Shown in pieces: positions 10,201 through 19,810 of a stretch of 64,000 nucleotides of DNA. The notes under the pieces are model-generated. The model did not search any database, was not told where the DNA came from, and saw only the letters and a program-made list of their open reading frames with translations. The stretch is from the NCBI GenBank assembly GCA_903847405.1, contig CAINDP010000091.1, positions 789 through 64,788 on the forward strand, in the 5' to 3' direction. Position 1 is the first letter of the stretch. Each line of letters starts with the position of its first letter. The stretch is from an uncultured Myxococcales bacterium (GTDB lineage Bacteria > Myxococcota_A > UBA9042 > DTJE01). The position numbers were made by a program, and so were the translations under genes.

Positions 10201-10334
10201 AGGGGCGAATGCGCGCCCAGGTCGGCCGTCGTGACGACCCACCCGACCAGAAGTGCGGAAGCCGCAACCACGAACAGGCGCAACGCCCGCCGCAGCCCAC
10301 CGTCCCCCCCGCCGCTATCTGCCAGACGACGCAT
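7239..10334 (-). CDS. S41-family C-terminal processing peptidase with PDZ domain and a roughly 500-aa Ig/CARDB-like C-terminal extension
   Basis: Start ATG at 10334 (MRRLADSGGG..., followed by a TM segment). PDZ segment GGLGIVIS...KSGDQFLQI. S41 core LVLDLRQNPGG, GGSASAAEIVAGALK, TFGKGTVQ. Confidence 0.85.
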   Translation of the reverse strand: MRRLADSGGGDGGLRRALRLFVVAASALLVGWVVTTADLGAHSPLLETLGSPSAEAGERRAVDLSRLRLLTRCVGFIRTNYVVPQRVKPAALLIGALRGAENAVPDLMVTPDSDEAAKVKSVEVRIGDHRRTFDVGGVSDLYEMNWRLLDVFEFVAAHLPADVKSDDVEYAAINGMLTPLDEHSVYLTPEAFQEMQLDTQGRFGGLGIVISTRKGLITLVSVMPDTPASKAALKSGDQFLQIGDESAINMALTDAVSKLRGEPGTKVTVLVQRKEWTEPHPITMERAEIHVRSVTSESLGDGIGYARIRNFQEDTAQQVLKHLSDLKTRGSLKGLVLDLRQNPGGLLEQSVEVSNLFIRSGSLVITEGEGKRMRQEYEADGRAPFADLPMVVLVDGGSASAAEIVAGALKNDDRAPLIGTTTFGKGTVQVMYEVGDGALKLTVAQYLTPGDISIQGVGVVPDVELIPATASAETVALGSGDDRREHDLKRLLEAFGKVAHDLPARRIRHMPADESDAAGNDDDPEDAPLRDEETFKRDDSIELAQAMVKAMGTPTRAKGLAAVSTELDNWARIQDTRIVERLAVRGIDWTDGPRQAGTPLRVTWSADGSRPLTPGAKVTLRMTVKNPGTDTQYRARVVTESDFGTLDGREFVFGRLEPGASLTRDVVVKVPTEAWDRLDRVSFHLFLGENEGPAPEPVMVTTKALPRPRFAWGVQVLDTNGNGDGILNPGETATLLVDLRNDGEGAARKLLVTLRNKSGQDGVFVREGRFTLADGLQPGKSAQARFKIELKHAPTGALPTLEVGILDLSLREFLSEDTAIPVAATPGPALEPRPEALRVLRDGVAVRSAATKDASELFFVPAGFNLRSDGRVGDWWRVEIEDGRFAFVRSADAEPVAGAVRFSTLPLSPLTPNVVPALDLRVEELPAADGKAARLRLTGTARFVGHAGEARRKVLIFRGNDKVYFWTRKGPTNEAAVDLDTTVPLVDGRNDVAVFAIEGKDRTAVRRFTRFWAAPVVATPVQPAAARGGGR

Positions 10335-10543
10335 CGCCACAGGGTACCTCAGAAGGTCCGTACCCGCAAGCCGCAGGCGGGGGAGCGTCCAGTTCCAACC
10401 ATCTGCGGCCGTGAAGACCGGGGGAATGTCGGGCGATGCGATCGGCAGGTCGATTCGGGGGTGTTCAAGGGCGTTGCATCGCTTCCCGGAACCGGTAAGA
10501 TAACGGCGACCTTGCTTCACCACTCCAGTTCTTGAGGTATGGA

Positions 10544-13525
10544 ATGCGTAAAACGGCGTTGTTCGCAGGGATTCTGGCAATCGTCATGGTGGCATGCGGC
10601 GGCGGCGGCACGTCCGGCAGCCCCGATGCGCTGGGGCCGGACTACGGCGACGGCGTCGGCTACAGCATCGAAACCCAGGTTTCGTCCGACGCGGTCGAAT
10701 CGGGCGCCCCGGTCACGGTCACCTGCACCGTCACCGGACCGTCCGGCACCGTCGCGGTCGGGACCCAGATCACCGTCACCCCGTCCGAAGGCGCGACCGT
10801 GGCCGACGGTACGGTGACGTTCACGAAGGCCGGCGACTACCAGGTCGCCTGCGAAGCCGCCGAAATCCCTGTCGTCGATGCCACCCCGACAACGGTCACC
10901 GTGACCGCGGGCCGGCCCTCCGCGGTCGACACGGCCGTCGCCCCGGGTTCCATCACGTCCGGCACGTCCGCGGTCGTGACCTGCACCGCCAAGGACGCCC
11001 AGGGCAACCCGGCATCCGGCACCTTCGCCGTCGTCGCCACCCCGGCCGAGGGCGTGGTCGTCACCGCCGGAACCGCCGCCGACACCTTCAACGTCGCGGG
11101 CCAGATCGTCGGCACGTACGCCCTGGCCTGCGGCCTGGCGGGCGGCGCAACGGACGAGTCCCCGGCTTCGCTGGCGGTGGTCGCCGGCGCCATGACCAAG
11201 GTCGTGACCACGATCGACGAGGAAGCGATCACGGCGGGCGACACGGCGAACGGCAAGTGCATGGCCGTGGACGCCTTCGGAAACGAGGTCTCGGGCATCG
11301 AGTTCGCGGTGCTCCCCCCGGCCGACCTGACCATCGTCAGTTCGTCCGTCGGCTTCACGGTCACCGGCACGAAGTCCGGCCTGTACACCGTCACCTGCAA
11401 GCCGGCGGACGACGCCGCAGCCACGCTGGAAGGGGACACTCTGACGATCAACGCCGGCGTGGCCGTCGGCATCGCGCTGAAGCTGATCCCCGAAAAGCCG
11501 GCGTACCAGGTGGGGAACCAGGTCAAGGTCGGCTTCGACCTCGTGGACCAGTACGGGAACGCCGTGCCCGGGGGCGCGATCACCAACCCGACCGTGGACC
11601 CGACGGTGGGCACCACCCAGATCTCCACCGACCAGTTCCAGTTCGACGCGGAAGGCCAGTTCGTCTTCCACGCGTGCGACGCCACGAACGCGGCCCTGTG
11701 CGACGACGTGACGGCGTGGTGCGACGGGACGGCCCCCCTGCTGACCATCACGTATCCCGAGCGCGGCGCCACGATCGACGGAAACCGCCTGGTCGTCGTG
11801 ACGGGCACGGTCGTCGAAAGCGTCAGCCAGATCGCATCCCTGACCATCAACGAGCAGGTCATCGAGATCGGCGCGGACGGCTCGTTCCAGTTCCCGATGG
11901 TGCCCGCCCAGGGCATGAACCTGATCGACGCCACGGCCGTCGATACCTTCGGCAACACGATCCGGACGCTGCGTTCCTACCTGTACAGCAGCCTCTGGTA
12001 CACGATGGACCTGCCGGACCCGCTGGCGTCCGCGATCCCGAACGCGCTGAAGGCGTACCTGGACGACACGCTGTTCTGGAATGCCGACACGACCGATCCG
12101 GCGACGATTTCCGCGCTGCTGGAAATGGCCCTCAAGGATCTGGACCTGACCGCGCTGATTCCGAACCCGGTCACCACCATATCGCAGAGCATTGCCCTGG
12201 ACACGTGCGGCTACCAGGTCTTCCTGGACTCGGTGACCTTCGATGCGCCGACCGTGAAGATCGTCCCGGACTTCGGCGCGCTGAAGCTGGCGATCGGCAT
12301 CCCGAACCTGAAGGCCGACGTGCGCCTGGTCAAGATCGACGGCGGCTTCCTGTGCCCCGGCAACCAGGCCGGCACGGCGACCGCCACCACGGTCACGCTG
12401 GACTCCACGGTGACCATGAGCGTGGACCCGGCGACGCACCTCATCGCCATGTCCGCCTCCGACGCCATCCTGAACATGGTCGACTTCACGCTGAAGATCG
12501 ACAACTGGTTCTACAACCTCATCGTCGGCGCCCTGCGGGGCACGATCGAGAACCTCCTGAAGGACCAGGTCAAGACGCTGCTGACGGACCAGATCAACAA
12601 GCTGCCCGAAACCCTGAACGCGGCGCTGGCCAAGCCCTTCGAGGTCGCGATCCCGGAACTGCTGCCCGGCATGAACGGGATGACCCTGCGGATTTCGATC
12701 CAGCCGCAGGCCCTGAACATGGACCCGCTGGGCGGCGCGCTGGACCTGAATGCCGCCATCACCACGGACCACACGATCGACCGCACGATCCTGGGGACCA
12801 TCGGCCGCGCGTCCTGCCTGGGCGCCCCCGACGCCTTCGGGTTCGACATGGGCAACCCCGAAAAGCTGATGCTGGGCGTGTTCGATGACGTGCTGAACGA
12901 GGCCCTGTACTCGATTTGGAACGGCCGCCTTCTGAACATGCACCTGACCGCCGAGGCCCTGAAGGACACGATGGACCTCAGCCAGTACGGCGTTGCGGAC
13001 CTGGACGCCACGACCGCGGCGCTGCTCCCGCCGGTCATCACGGCCTGCAACCCGGCCGGCACCCTCACGGTGCAGGTGGGCGACCTCTACCTCGACGCCA
13101 CGATGGTGCTGATGGGCGAACCGGTCCACCTGCGCACGTTCCTGTTCCTGGAAATCGAACTGGCGTTGAGCCTGGCGGACGACCCCGAAAAGGGCCGCGT
13201 GATCAGCATCCAGGTGGCCAGCGAGCCGAAGGTGTCCGACATGGACATCGTCTTCCTGGAGTCCAACTTCACCGAGGACGACATCAAGGGCCTGATCCTG
13301 GGCGCCCTGATCCCGGTCGTGTTCGAGCAGTTGAAGGATCCGATCACGTTCGCGATCCCGTCCTTCAACCTCAAGGGCCTGCTGGGCGCCGACTCCCCGA
13401 TCAGCCTGCCGGACAAGGACCTGGTCATCAACCCGACGGCCATGGGCCACGACAACGGCTACCTGCACATCGCGGCCGGCCTGGAACTGCGCGATCCGGT
13501 CGTCGTCCCCCCGCCCGCACCCTGA
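10544..13525 (+). CDS. large lipoprotein with N-terminal bacterial Ig-like repeats and a C-terminal domain of unknown function
   Basis: ATG at 10544 after GAGG. Lipobox IVMVAC-GGGG. Repeated roughly 90-aa T/V/A-rich beta-type segments (VTVTCTVTGP..., AVVTCTAKDAQGNP...). High GC3 along the whole frame. Confidence 0.7.
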   Translation: MRKTALFAGILAIVMVACGGGGTSGSPDALGPDYGDGVGYSIETQVSSDAVESGAPVTVTCTVTGPSGTVAVGTQITVTPSEGATVADGTVTFTKAGDYQVACEAAEIPVVDATPTTVTVTAGRPSAVDTAVAPGSITSGTSAVVTCTAKDAQGNPASGTFAVVATPAEGVVVTAGTAADTFNVAGQIVGTYALACGLAGGATDESPASLAVVAGAMTKVVTTIDEEAITAGDTANGKCMAVDAFGNEVSGIEFAVLPPADLTIVSSSVGFTVTGTKSGLYTVTCKPADDAAATLEGDTLTINAGVAVGIALKLIPEKPAYQVGNQVKVGFDLVDQYGNAVPGGAITNPTVDPTVGTTQISTDQFQFDAEGQFVFHACDATNAALCDDVTAWCDGTAPLLTITYPERGATIDGNRLVVVTGTVVESVSQIASLTINEQVIEIGADGSFQFPMVPAQGMNLIDATAVDTFGNTIRTLRSYLYSSLWYTMDLPDPLASAIPNALKAYLDDTLFWNADTTDPATISALLEMALKDLDLTALIPNPVTTISQSIALDTCGYQVFLDSVTFDAPTVKIVPDFGALKLAIGIPNLKADVRLVKIDGGFLCPGNQAGTATATTVTLDSTVTMSVDPATHLIAMSASDAILNMVDFTLKIDNWFYNLIVGALRGTIENLLKDQVKTLLTDQINKLPETLNAALAKPFEVAIPELLPGMNGMTLRISIQPQALNMDPLGGALDLNAAITTDHTIDRTILGTIGRASCLGAPDAFGFDMGNPEKLMLGVFDDVLNEALYSIWNGRLLNMHLTAEALKDTMDLSQYGVADLDATTAALLPPVITACNPAGTLTVQVGDLYLDATMVLMGEPVHLRTFLFLEIELALSLADDPEKGRVISIQVASEPKVSDMDIVFLESNFTEDDIKGLILGALIPVVFEQLKDPITFAIPSFNLKGLLGADSPISLPDKDLVINPTAMGHDNGYLHIAAGLELRDPVVVPPPAP

Positions 13526-13563
13526 CCGTCCTTCCTCCCCCTGACCTCCCCTGACGCCCCCCC

Positions 13564-13676
13564 GAAATGGGGACAGACACCATTTCCCGCGCGTGGACTC
13601 CGACGTGGACGTGCAGGTGGACGTGGACGTAGACGCAGACGTGGCCGCCGCCGAAATCGGTGTCTGTCCCCATTTC
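13564..13676. repeat. composite intergenic element: perfect 18-bp inverted repeat flanking a 9-unit hexanucleotide array
   Basis: GAAATGGGGACAGACACC at 13564-13581 is the exact reverse complement of 13659-13676. In between, 13593-13646 reads GTGGAC TCCGAC GTGGAC GTGCAG GTGGAC GTGGAC GTAGAC GCAGAC GTGGCC. The element fills the gap between two convergent genes. Confidence 0.75.
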
Positions 13677-14449
13677 TAGGACCGGACGTTCCGCTCCCAG
13701 ATCAAACGGAGGCCCTGGAGGGTCAGGTCCGGCAGGACCTCGTCGATGATCGTGCTGTCGGCGCACAGCAGCGGTGCGAGGCCGCCGGTGGCCAGCACGC
13801 GCACCGGGTCGGTCAGTTCGGCCTTCATGCGGACCACGAGGCCCTCGACCATCGACAGATAGCCGTAGTAGGCGCCCGACTGGATGCTGTGGACGGTATC
13901 GCGCCCGATGACCGTGTCGGGCCGCACCACGTCGACGCGGGGCAGTTTGGCGGTACGCAGGAACAACGCATCGAGGCTGACGGTCACGCCCGGGACGATG
14001 ACGCCGCCCAGGTAGTCGCCGGCCACCGTCACCGCGTCGAACGTCGTCGCGGTGCCGAAATCCACGATCACCAGGTCGGCGCCCGGGTGCAGGGCATGGG
14101 CCGCCACAGCGTTCACGATCCGGTCGGCGCCCACGTCCCGCGGGCTGGAATAGTGCACGGCGATCCCCGTGGGCGTGTCCGGCCCGACCACCAGGGCACG
14201 AACCTTCATCCAGCGCTCGGCCCACCCGACGAAGACCGGGGTCAAGGGCGGCACGACGCTGGCCACGATGGCCGCCTCGACGCAATCCTCCGGGAGCCCT
14301 TCCATCCGCATCAGGCCGAACAGCAGGCACGCCACCTCGTCGGCCGTGGACGTCCGGTGGCTGGCCAGCCGGAACTGCGTGACCAGCCGGTTGCCGTCGA
14401 AGAAGCCGACCACCGTGTTCGTGTTGCCGACGTCAATGGCTGCCAGCAT
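13676..14449 (-). CDS. coaX: type III pantothenate kinase
   Basis: MLAAIDVGNTNTVVG N-terminus, DFGTATTFD and ATGGLA motifs. 257 aa. Confidence 0.9.
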   Translation of the reverse strand: MLAAIDVGNTNTVVGFFDGNRLVTQFRLASHRTSTADEVACLLFGLMRMEGLPEDCVEAAIVASVVPPLTPVFVGWAERWMKVRALVVGPDTPTGIAVHYSSPRDVGADRIVNAVAAHALHPGADLVIVDFGTATTFDAVTVAGDYLGGVIVPGVTVSLDALFLRTAKLPRVDVVRPDTVIGRDTVHSIQSGAYYGYLSMVEGLVVRMKAELTDPVRVLATGGLAPLLCADSTIIDEVLPDLTLQGLRLIWERNVRS

Positions 14450-15203
14450 CGCTCACCTCTCCCACCGAGACCCGGACGGCCGTCCCGTCGGGCGTGTCCA
14501 ACACCAGTTCGCCCAGCGCCGTGATCCAGGCAGGGCGGCCCCGCACGCCCGCGACCACGACCTCCCGCGACCGGTCCAGCCAGCGGGATGCCCGGACCGG
14601 GTCCACGATTGGATTCAATGAACCGCCCATGCAGGCGACGGCGATGGCCGCCAGAACGTCGGCGCAGACCATCGTCGCATCCGCCGACGGCAGGTGCGTG
14701 GCGAGGTCGGTCGCGAGGTCCCGGATGTCCGCCGGCAGGTCGTCGGTCAGTTCGACGTTCAACCCCAGGCCCAGCACTGCGAAGCCGTCCGCGGCATGCG
14801 CCTCGGCCAGCAGGCCCGCGACCTTGCGCCGCCCCAGCAGGACGTCGTTGGGCCATTTCACGGTCACGTCGCGGGCCCCCGACGAGGACAGCGACTCGGC
14901 CAGGGCCGTCCCGGCCAGCACGGCCAGCACGGGCCACTGCGACGGCATCCCCGTCGGCCTCAGCACCAGGCTGGCGTACAGCCCCCCCGACGGCGAATGC
15001 CACGACCGCCCCACGCGCCCCCGCCCGGCGGTCTGCGCCGCGGCGACCACGAGCGTCCCGGCGGGCGCACCGCACCGGGCCAGGGCAGCGGCCTCGTCCT
15101 GCGTGCTGCCCACGGTGCCGAAGACGACGATGCGGGAGATCCGCCCGAGCACGGAGGCGGAGGCGAGGCAACCGCCCAGCCTCCCGAGATCAAGCGCCTC
15201 CAT
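14433..15203 (-). CDS. birA: biotin--[acetyl-CoA-carboxylase] ligase (group I, no N-terminal HTH)
   Basis: QTAGRGRVGRSWHSPSGGLYASL and KWPNDVLL motifs. Overlaps coaX by 17 nt. Confidence 0.85.
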   Translation of the reverse strand: MEALDLGRLGGCLASASVLGRISRIVVFGTVGSTQDEAAALARCGAPAGTLVVAAAQTAGRGRVGRSWHSPSGGLYASLVLRPTGMPSQWPVLAVLAGTALAESLSSSGARDVTVKWPNDVLLGRRKVAGLLAEAHAADGFAVLGLGLNVELTDDLPADIRDLATDLATHLPSADATMVCADVLAAIAVACMGGSLNPIVDPVRASRWLDRSREVVVAGVRGRPAWITALGELVLDTPDGTAVRVSVGEVSDAGSH

Positions 15204-16053
15204 GGGAGGGCTCCACGGGGGTCAGGTACATCGCGAAATCCAGCCAGGGCGCGGAGTGGGTCAGGGCACCGGCCGACACGAAGTCCACGCCGACGTCCGC
15301 CACGGCGCGCGCCGACTGGGGAGTCATGTTCCCCGACACCTCGACCGCGACCTTCCAGTTGCAGTAGTCCACGACGGCGGCGACCTGGTCGATGGTCATG
15401 TGGTCCAGCAGCAGCACGTCCGCACCGGCCTCGATGGCCCGCTTGGCCTCTTCCATCGTCCGGACTTCGACCTCGACCTTGCACAGCGACGGGGCGCCGG
15501 CCCGGGCCAGGCGGACCGTTTCCTTCAGGTCGCCCCGCAAGGCGAGGTGGTTGTTCTTGACCAGCACGCCGCCCGACAGGCTGGTGCGATGGTTGTGGCC
15601 CCCGCCGACACGGACCGCGTATTTTTCCAGGGCGCGCAGTCCGGGCGTCGTCTTGCGGGTGTCGAGGATGATGGTCCGCGTGCCCTCCAGGGCATCAACG
15701 AACTCCCGGGTCCGGGTGGCCACGCCCGACAGGCGCATGACGAAGTTCAGAAGGGTCCGCTCGGCGACCAGGACCGTCCTGGCGGGCCCCTCCAGACGCA
15801 TCACGACCATGCCGGGCGTCACGACCGTTCCGTCGGCAACCAGCGGCGTGGCGACGATCGACGGATCGATCGCCTCCAGCACCATCAGTGCGACCGGGAT
15901 CCCGGCCAGCACGCCGACGGCCTTGGCGACGACTTCGCCCGCCACGCGGGCCTGCGGCGGAACGCAGGCCTCGGTGGTCACGTCGCCCGTGCCGAGGTCC
16001 TCTTCGATGGCCAGTTCGACGATTCGACGTACCAGTGGGTTGATCTTCAGCAT
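15190..16053 (-). CDS. nadC: nicotinate-nucleotide pyrophosphorylase (carboxylating)
   Basis: ATG at 16053 (MLKINPL...). EEDLGTGDVTT, TRKTTPGLR, GGGHNHR and LLDHM motifs. Confidence 0.9.
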   Translation of the reverse strand: MLKINPLVRRIVELAIEEDLGTGDVTTEACVPPQARVAGEVVAKAVGVLAGIPVALMVLEAIDPSIVATPLVADGTVVTPGMVVMRLEGPARTVLVAERTLLNFVMRLSGVATRTREFVDALEGTRTIILDTRKTTPGLRALEKYAVRVGGGHNHRTSLSGGVLVKNNHLALRGDLKETVRLARAGAPSLCKVEVEVRTMEEAKRAIEAGADVLLLDHMTIDQVAAVVDYCNWKVAVEVSGNMTPQSARAVADVGVDFVSAGALTHSAPWLDFAMYLTPVEPSHGGA

Positions 16054-16085
16054 GGGCGGATGATACCGCAGGCACACCGTCAAGG

Positions 16086-16133
16086 TCCACGACGGACACG
16101 GGGACGGGTACGGGTACGGGTACGGACGCGACG
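16086..16133. repeat. ACG-phased hexanucleotide array, core (ACGGGT)x3
   Basis: ACG recurs every 6 nt from 16092 to 16122: ACGGAC ACGGGG ACGGGT ACGGGT ACGGGT ACGGAC. It lies in the divergent intergenic region between nadC and the L,D-transpeptidase gene. Confidence 0.55.
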
Positions 16134-16150
16134 CGCCATTGGCGCTCGCG

Positions 16151-16179
16151 TTGACGCATCCCTTCGACGCGACTATCCT
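16151..16179 (+). promoter_or_regulatory. candidate sigma70-type promoter for the L,D-transpeptidase gene
   Basis: TTGACG (16151-16156), a 17-nt spacer, then TATCCT (16174-16179), about 30 nt upstream of the GTG at 16208. Confidence 0.35.
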
Positions 16180-16207
16180 TTGCCCGCGGAAAAGCCCGGG
16201 AGGGGCC

Positions 16208-18235
16208 GTGAAGGCGCATCTGTGGATTGCGGTGATCGTTGCGACCGGCCTGGGGTGCAGGACCAGTGGGCCAAAGGAGCCGTCGGCCTACCTGGGGCGC
16301 GCCGTCGGTCCCGGAGGCGATACCCCTGCGGGAACGCCCTCCCCGGCGAACGGGAAGACCGCCCTGGCCCCGGCAGCCGCGCCCGCGGTGAACGTGCCGC
16401 CGGCCCAGGACGACGAGGCCGCCTCCAAGGGTCCCCTGGAAACCGCCCGCCGCCTGTGGACCGATCGACAGGCACTTCGTTCCAGCCTGGCCTCCGACCT
16501 TGCCGGGACCGTCGCCGCCGACACCGCCTTTGCGGCCCTGACCGCGAAGTCCCTGGAAGCCCGCGGGAGCGAACCGCTGTTCACGACGCCCGACGGCGCG
16601 TCCCGGGCATTGGAAGCGCTGCTGGATGCCCTGCGGTCGGCCGCGGATCACGCCCTGTCCACGCCCCGGCACTCCCCGGCCGCCCTGGAAGCGGCCCTCG
16701 CCGACATGAAGGCCGCGTCGGACGCCGCCGCACCCCTGCGGGCCGACCTCGATCGCGCTCCGGCCTGGGCTGCCTTGAAGATGCTGTCCTTCGGACGGCC
16801 GGCGCCCACCGACGTCGAGGTCGAGGGCCTGGACGACGCGGGCCGGTTGAATGGCCTGGGTCGGAAGGAATACGCCGAAGCGATCGCCGCCCACTCGCGG
16901 GTCCTCCAGGCCGAAGGCGCCATCGGACGCGCCCGCAACCGGATCGAGGTCCTGGCCCAGGCCGCCTTCTTCCGCTGGGCCCTGGACATGAAATTCCGGG
17001 TGGTGGCGGAACCGTTCCGTGCCGACAAGGACGAACCCACCGCGATCGCGGACCGCGGCGACGCGCTGCTGCTGGCATTCGACGCATTCGCCAAGGATCC
17101 GCTCGCCGGCCTGGCGGCCCTGCCCCCGAAGCACCCCGACTACGCCATCCTGCAGGAACGTCTGGCGGCCTACCGGAAGATCGCCGCGGCCGGACCCTTC
17201 ACCCCGGTCCCCGTCAGCGGGACGATGAAGCTGCGTCGCGGTTCCCGGGGGCCCATCGTCGAGGCCCTCAAGCAGCGCCTGACGCAGGAGGGCTACTACG
17301 GCGGCCCCATCGACCCCGTGTTCGACGCCGGCCTGGAGGCCGCCTTCCAGGACTACGAAGCCACCCACGGCTTCGAGACCGAAGGGGTCGTGGAAGAACG
17401 CCACGCGAAGTCCCTGAACGTGCCGGTCGAGCAGCGCGTGCGCCAGATCGAACTGGGCCTGCAGCGCTGGCGCGAAAGCCTGGTGCGGCCCGACGAGCCC
17501 CTGTACGTCCGCGTGAACCTGCCCGAGTTCGCGATGGCGGTCTGGGAAAACGGCAAGATGCTGACGAAGCACCGCATCGTCTGCGGCAACAACAACTGGG
17601 ACACGGACCCCGGCCTCCGCCTGGAGGGCCGAATCAACCGCACGAAACTGTTCGAGGCGAAGATCGAACGCGTGATCCTGAATCCCCGCTGGTACGTTCC
17701 CAAGCGCATCCAGAAACTGGAAACGGACTACGAACTGCTGAAGGACCCGGACTACTACGGCAAGCACAAGTTCGTCGTGAAGACCCTGGCCGACGGTCGC
17801 GAGGAAATCTACCAGGACTCCGGCGACGCCAACGCCCTGGGACGCGTGAAGTTCGTGTTCCCGAATCCCTACGGCATCTACATGCACGACACGAACAGCA
17901 AGTCCTTCTTCAAGCGCGAGATCCGCGCCTTCAGCCACGGGTGCGTCCGGCTGCAGAATCCCTTCCAGATCATGGACCTCCTGCTGGAAAAGGCCGCGGG
18001 CATCAGCCCCGAGAACGGCCGCGCGATCCTGGCGAAGGAGGAACTGCGGGAAATCGCCTTGAAGACGCCGGTGCCGATCTTCGTCGAGTACAACTCGGTC
18101 GGGGTCGACGAGAAGGGCCGCGTCATGTTCTTTTCGGATGTGTATGGCTACGACAAGGACTGGTTCGAGGGGAAGATCCCCTACTCCCCCGAGGAGCTCA
18201 AGCTCCTCACGAAGAAGATCACGCGCTTCGACTGA
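16208..18235 (+). CDS. L,D-transpeptidase (YcbB-like) with PG-binding domain; lipoprotein
   Basis: GTG at 16208 after GGGAGGGG gives VKAHLWIAVIVATGLGC (an alternative ATG is at 16139). PG_binding_1-like LKQRLTQEGYYGGPIDPVFD. YkuD catalytic motif FSHGCVRLQNP. Confidence 0.85.
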   Translation: MKAHLWIAVIVATGLGCRTSGPKEPSAYLGRAVGPGGDTPAGTPSPANGKTALAPAAAPAVNVPPAQDDEAASKGPLETARRLWTDRQALRSSLASDLAGTVAADTAFAALTAKSLEARGSEPLFTTPDGASRALEALLDALRSAADHALSTPRHSPAALEAALADMKAASDAAAPLRADLDRAPAWAALKMLSFGRPAPTDVEVEGLDDAGRLNGLGRKEYAEAIAAHSRVLQAEGAIGRARNRIEVLAQAAFFRWALDMKFRVVAEPFRADKDEPTAIADRGDALLLAFDAFAKDPLAGLAALPPKHPDYAILQERLAAYRKIAAAGPFTPVPVSGTMKLRRGSRGPIVEALKQRLTQEGYYGGPIDPVFDAGLEAAFQDYEATHGFETEGVVEERHAKSLNVPVEQRVRQIELGLQRWRESLVRPDEPLYVRVNLPEFAMAVWENGKMLTKHRIVCGNNNWDTDPGLRLEGRINRTKLFEAKIERVILNPRWYVPKRIQKLETDYELLKDPDYYGKHKFVVKTLADGREEIYQDSGDANALGRVKFVFPNPYGIYMHDTNSKSFFKREIRAFSHGCVRLQNPFQIMDLLLEKAAGISPENGRAILAKEELREIALKTPVPIFVEYNSVGVDEKGRVMFFSDVYGYDKDWFEGKIPYSPEELKLLTKKITRFD

Positions 18236-18266
18236 GGCGATCGCACCGGACCTGGGCGCGGGGCTG

Positions 18267-18427
18267 ATGCCGCCCGCGGAGGTTTCGGTGTTCATCGACC
18301 CGGACGGCAGCGTGACCTTCAGCGACCTGCCGGCGGATCTGGCCGAGGTCGTGCTGGCCCTGGATCCCCAGGCCGCGCCCGCGTGCCCCGTTTCGAAGCG
18401 CACACCCCGCCCACCCAAGGAGACACG

Positions 18428-18431
<4 letters not shown>
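18267..18431 (+). CDS. possible small acidic protein (54 aa) translationally coupled to mtnA
   Basis: [56 protein letters not shown]3-rich frame. Its TGA overlaps the mtnA ATG (ATGA). No clear RBS. Confidence 0.3.
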
Positions 18432-19477
<1,046 letters not shown>

Positions 19478-19543
19478 CGGCCTGCCCGAACGCAGCGATG
19501 CCCTGCGGCCGACGCGCGTTCAGACGAAGAAAATGTAGGCGTG

Positions 19544-19618
19544 TGGTGGCCCTTACGGGAATCGAACCCGTCTCCCAAGATTGAGAGTCTTGTGTCCTAA
19601 CCGATAGACTAAAGGGCC
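19544..19618 (-). tRNA. tRNA-Glu (anticodon CUC), CCA encoded
   Basis: Hand-folded cloverleaf: GGCCCTT/AAGGGCC acceptor stem, GTCT..GGAC D stem, CAAGA-CTCTCAA-TCTTG anticodon arm, ACGGG-TTCGATT-CCCGT T arm, then A-CCA. Confidence 0.85.
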
Positions 19619-19690
19619 GTTGGCCGCAAACCCCCGGGGTCTCACCCCCGGGGGCGGCGCGTCTGGTCGCGCCGGGCCGATGTCAAATAG

Positions 19691-19761
19691 TTCGGGAACA
19701 GGGATTCGAACCCCGACAGGCAGCTCCAGAGGCTGCAGTCCTACCGTTAGACGATTCCCGA
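19691..19761 (-). tRNA. tRNA-Gln (anticodon CUG), CCA not encoded
   Basis: Hand-folded cloverleaf: TCGGGAA/TTCCCGA acceptor stem, GTCT-AACGGTA-GGAC D arm, GCAGC-CTCTGGA-GCTGC anticodon arm, CGGGG-TTCGAAT-CCCTG T arm. Confidence 0.8.
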
Positions 19762-19810
19762 AACGCAAAGAACGTCGGTAGAGGGCCACGCGTCGCGCTT
19801 TCCCTTACCG

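Noticed and set aside
13593-13646. Whether the hexamer arrays or the inverted repeats could be a degenerate CRISPR array.
   Set aside because: The period is 6 nt with no spacers, and the repeats are far shorter than CRISPR repeats (about 24-47 nt). No cas genes are in the window.
19631-19653. Perfect 9-bp GC palindrome CCCCCGGGG-tctca-CCCCGGGGG between the two tRNA genes.
   Set aside because: It is real as sequence, but probably just a tRNA-processing or spacer hairpin. It has no repeat elsewhere and no further evidence for a specific function.
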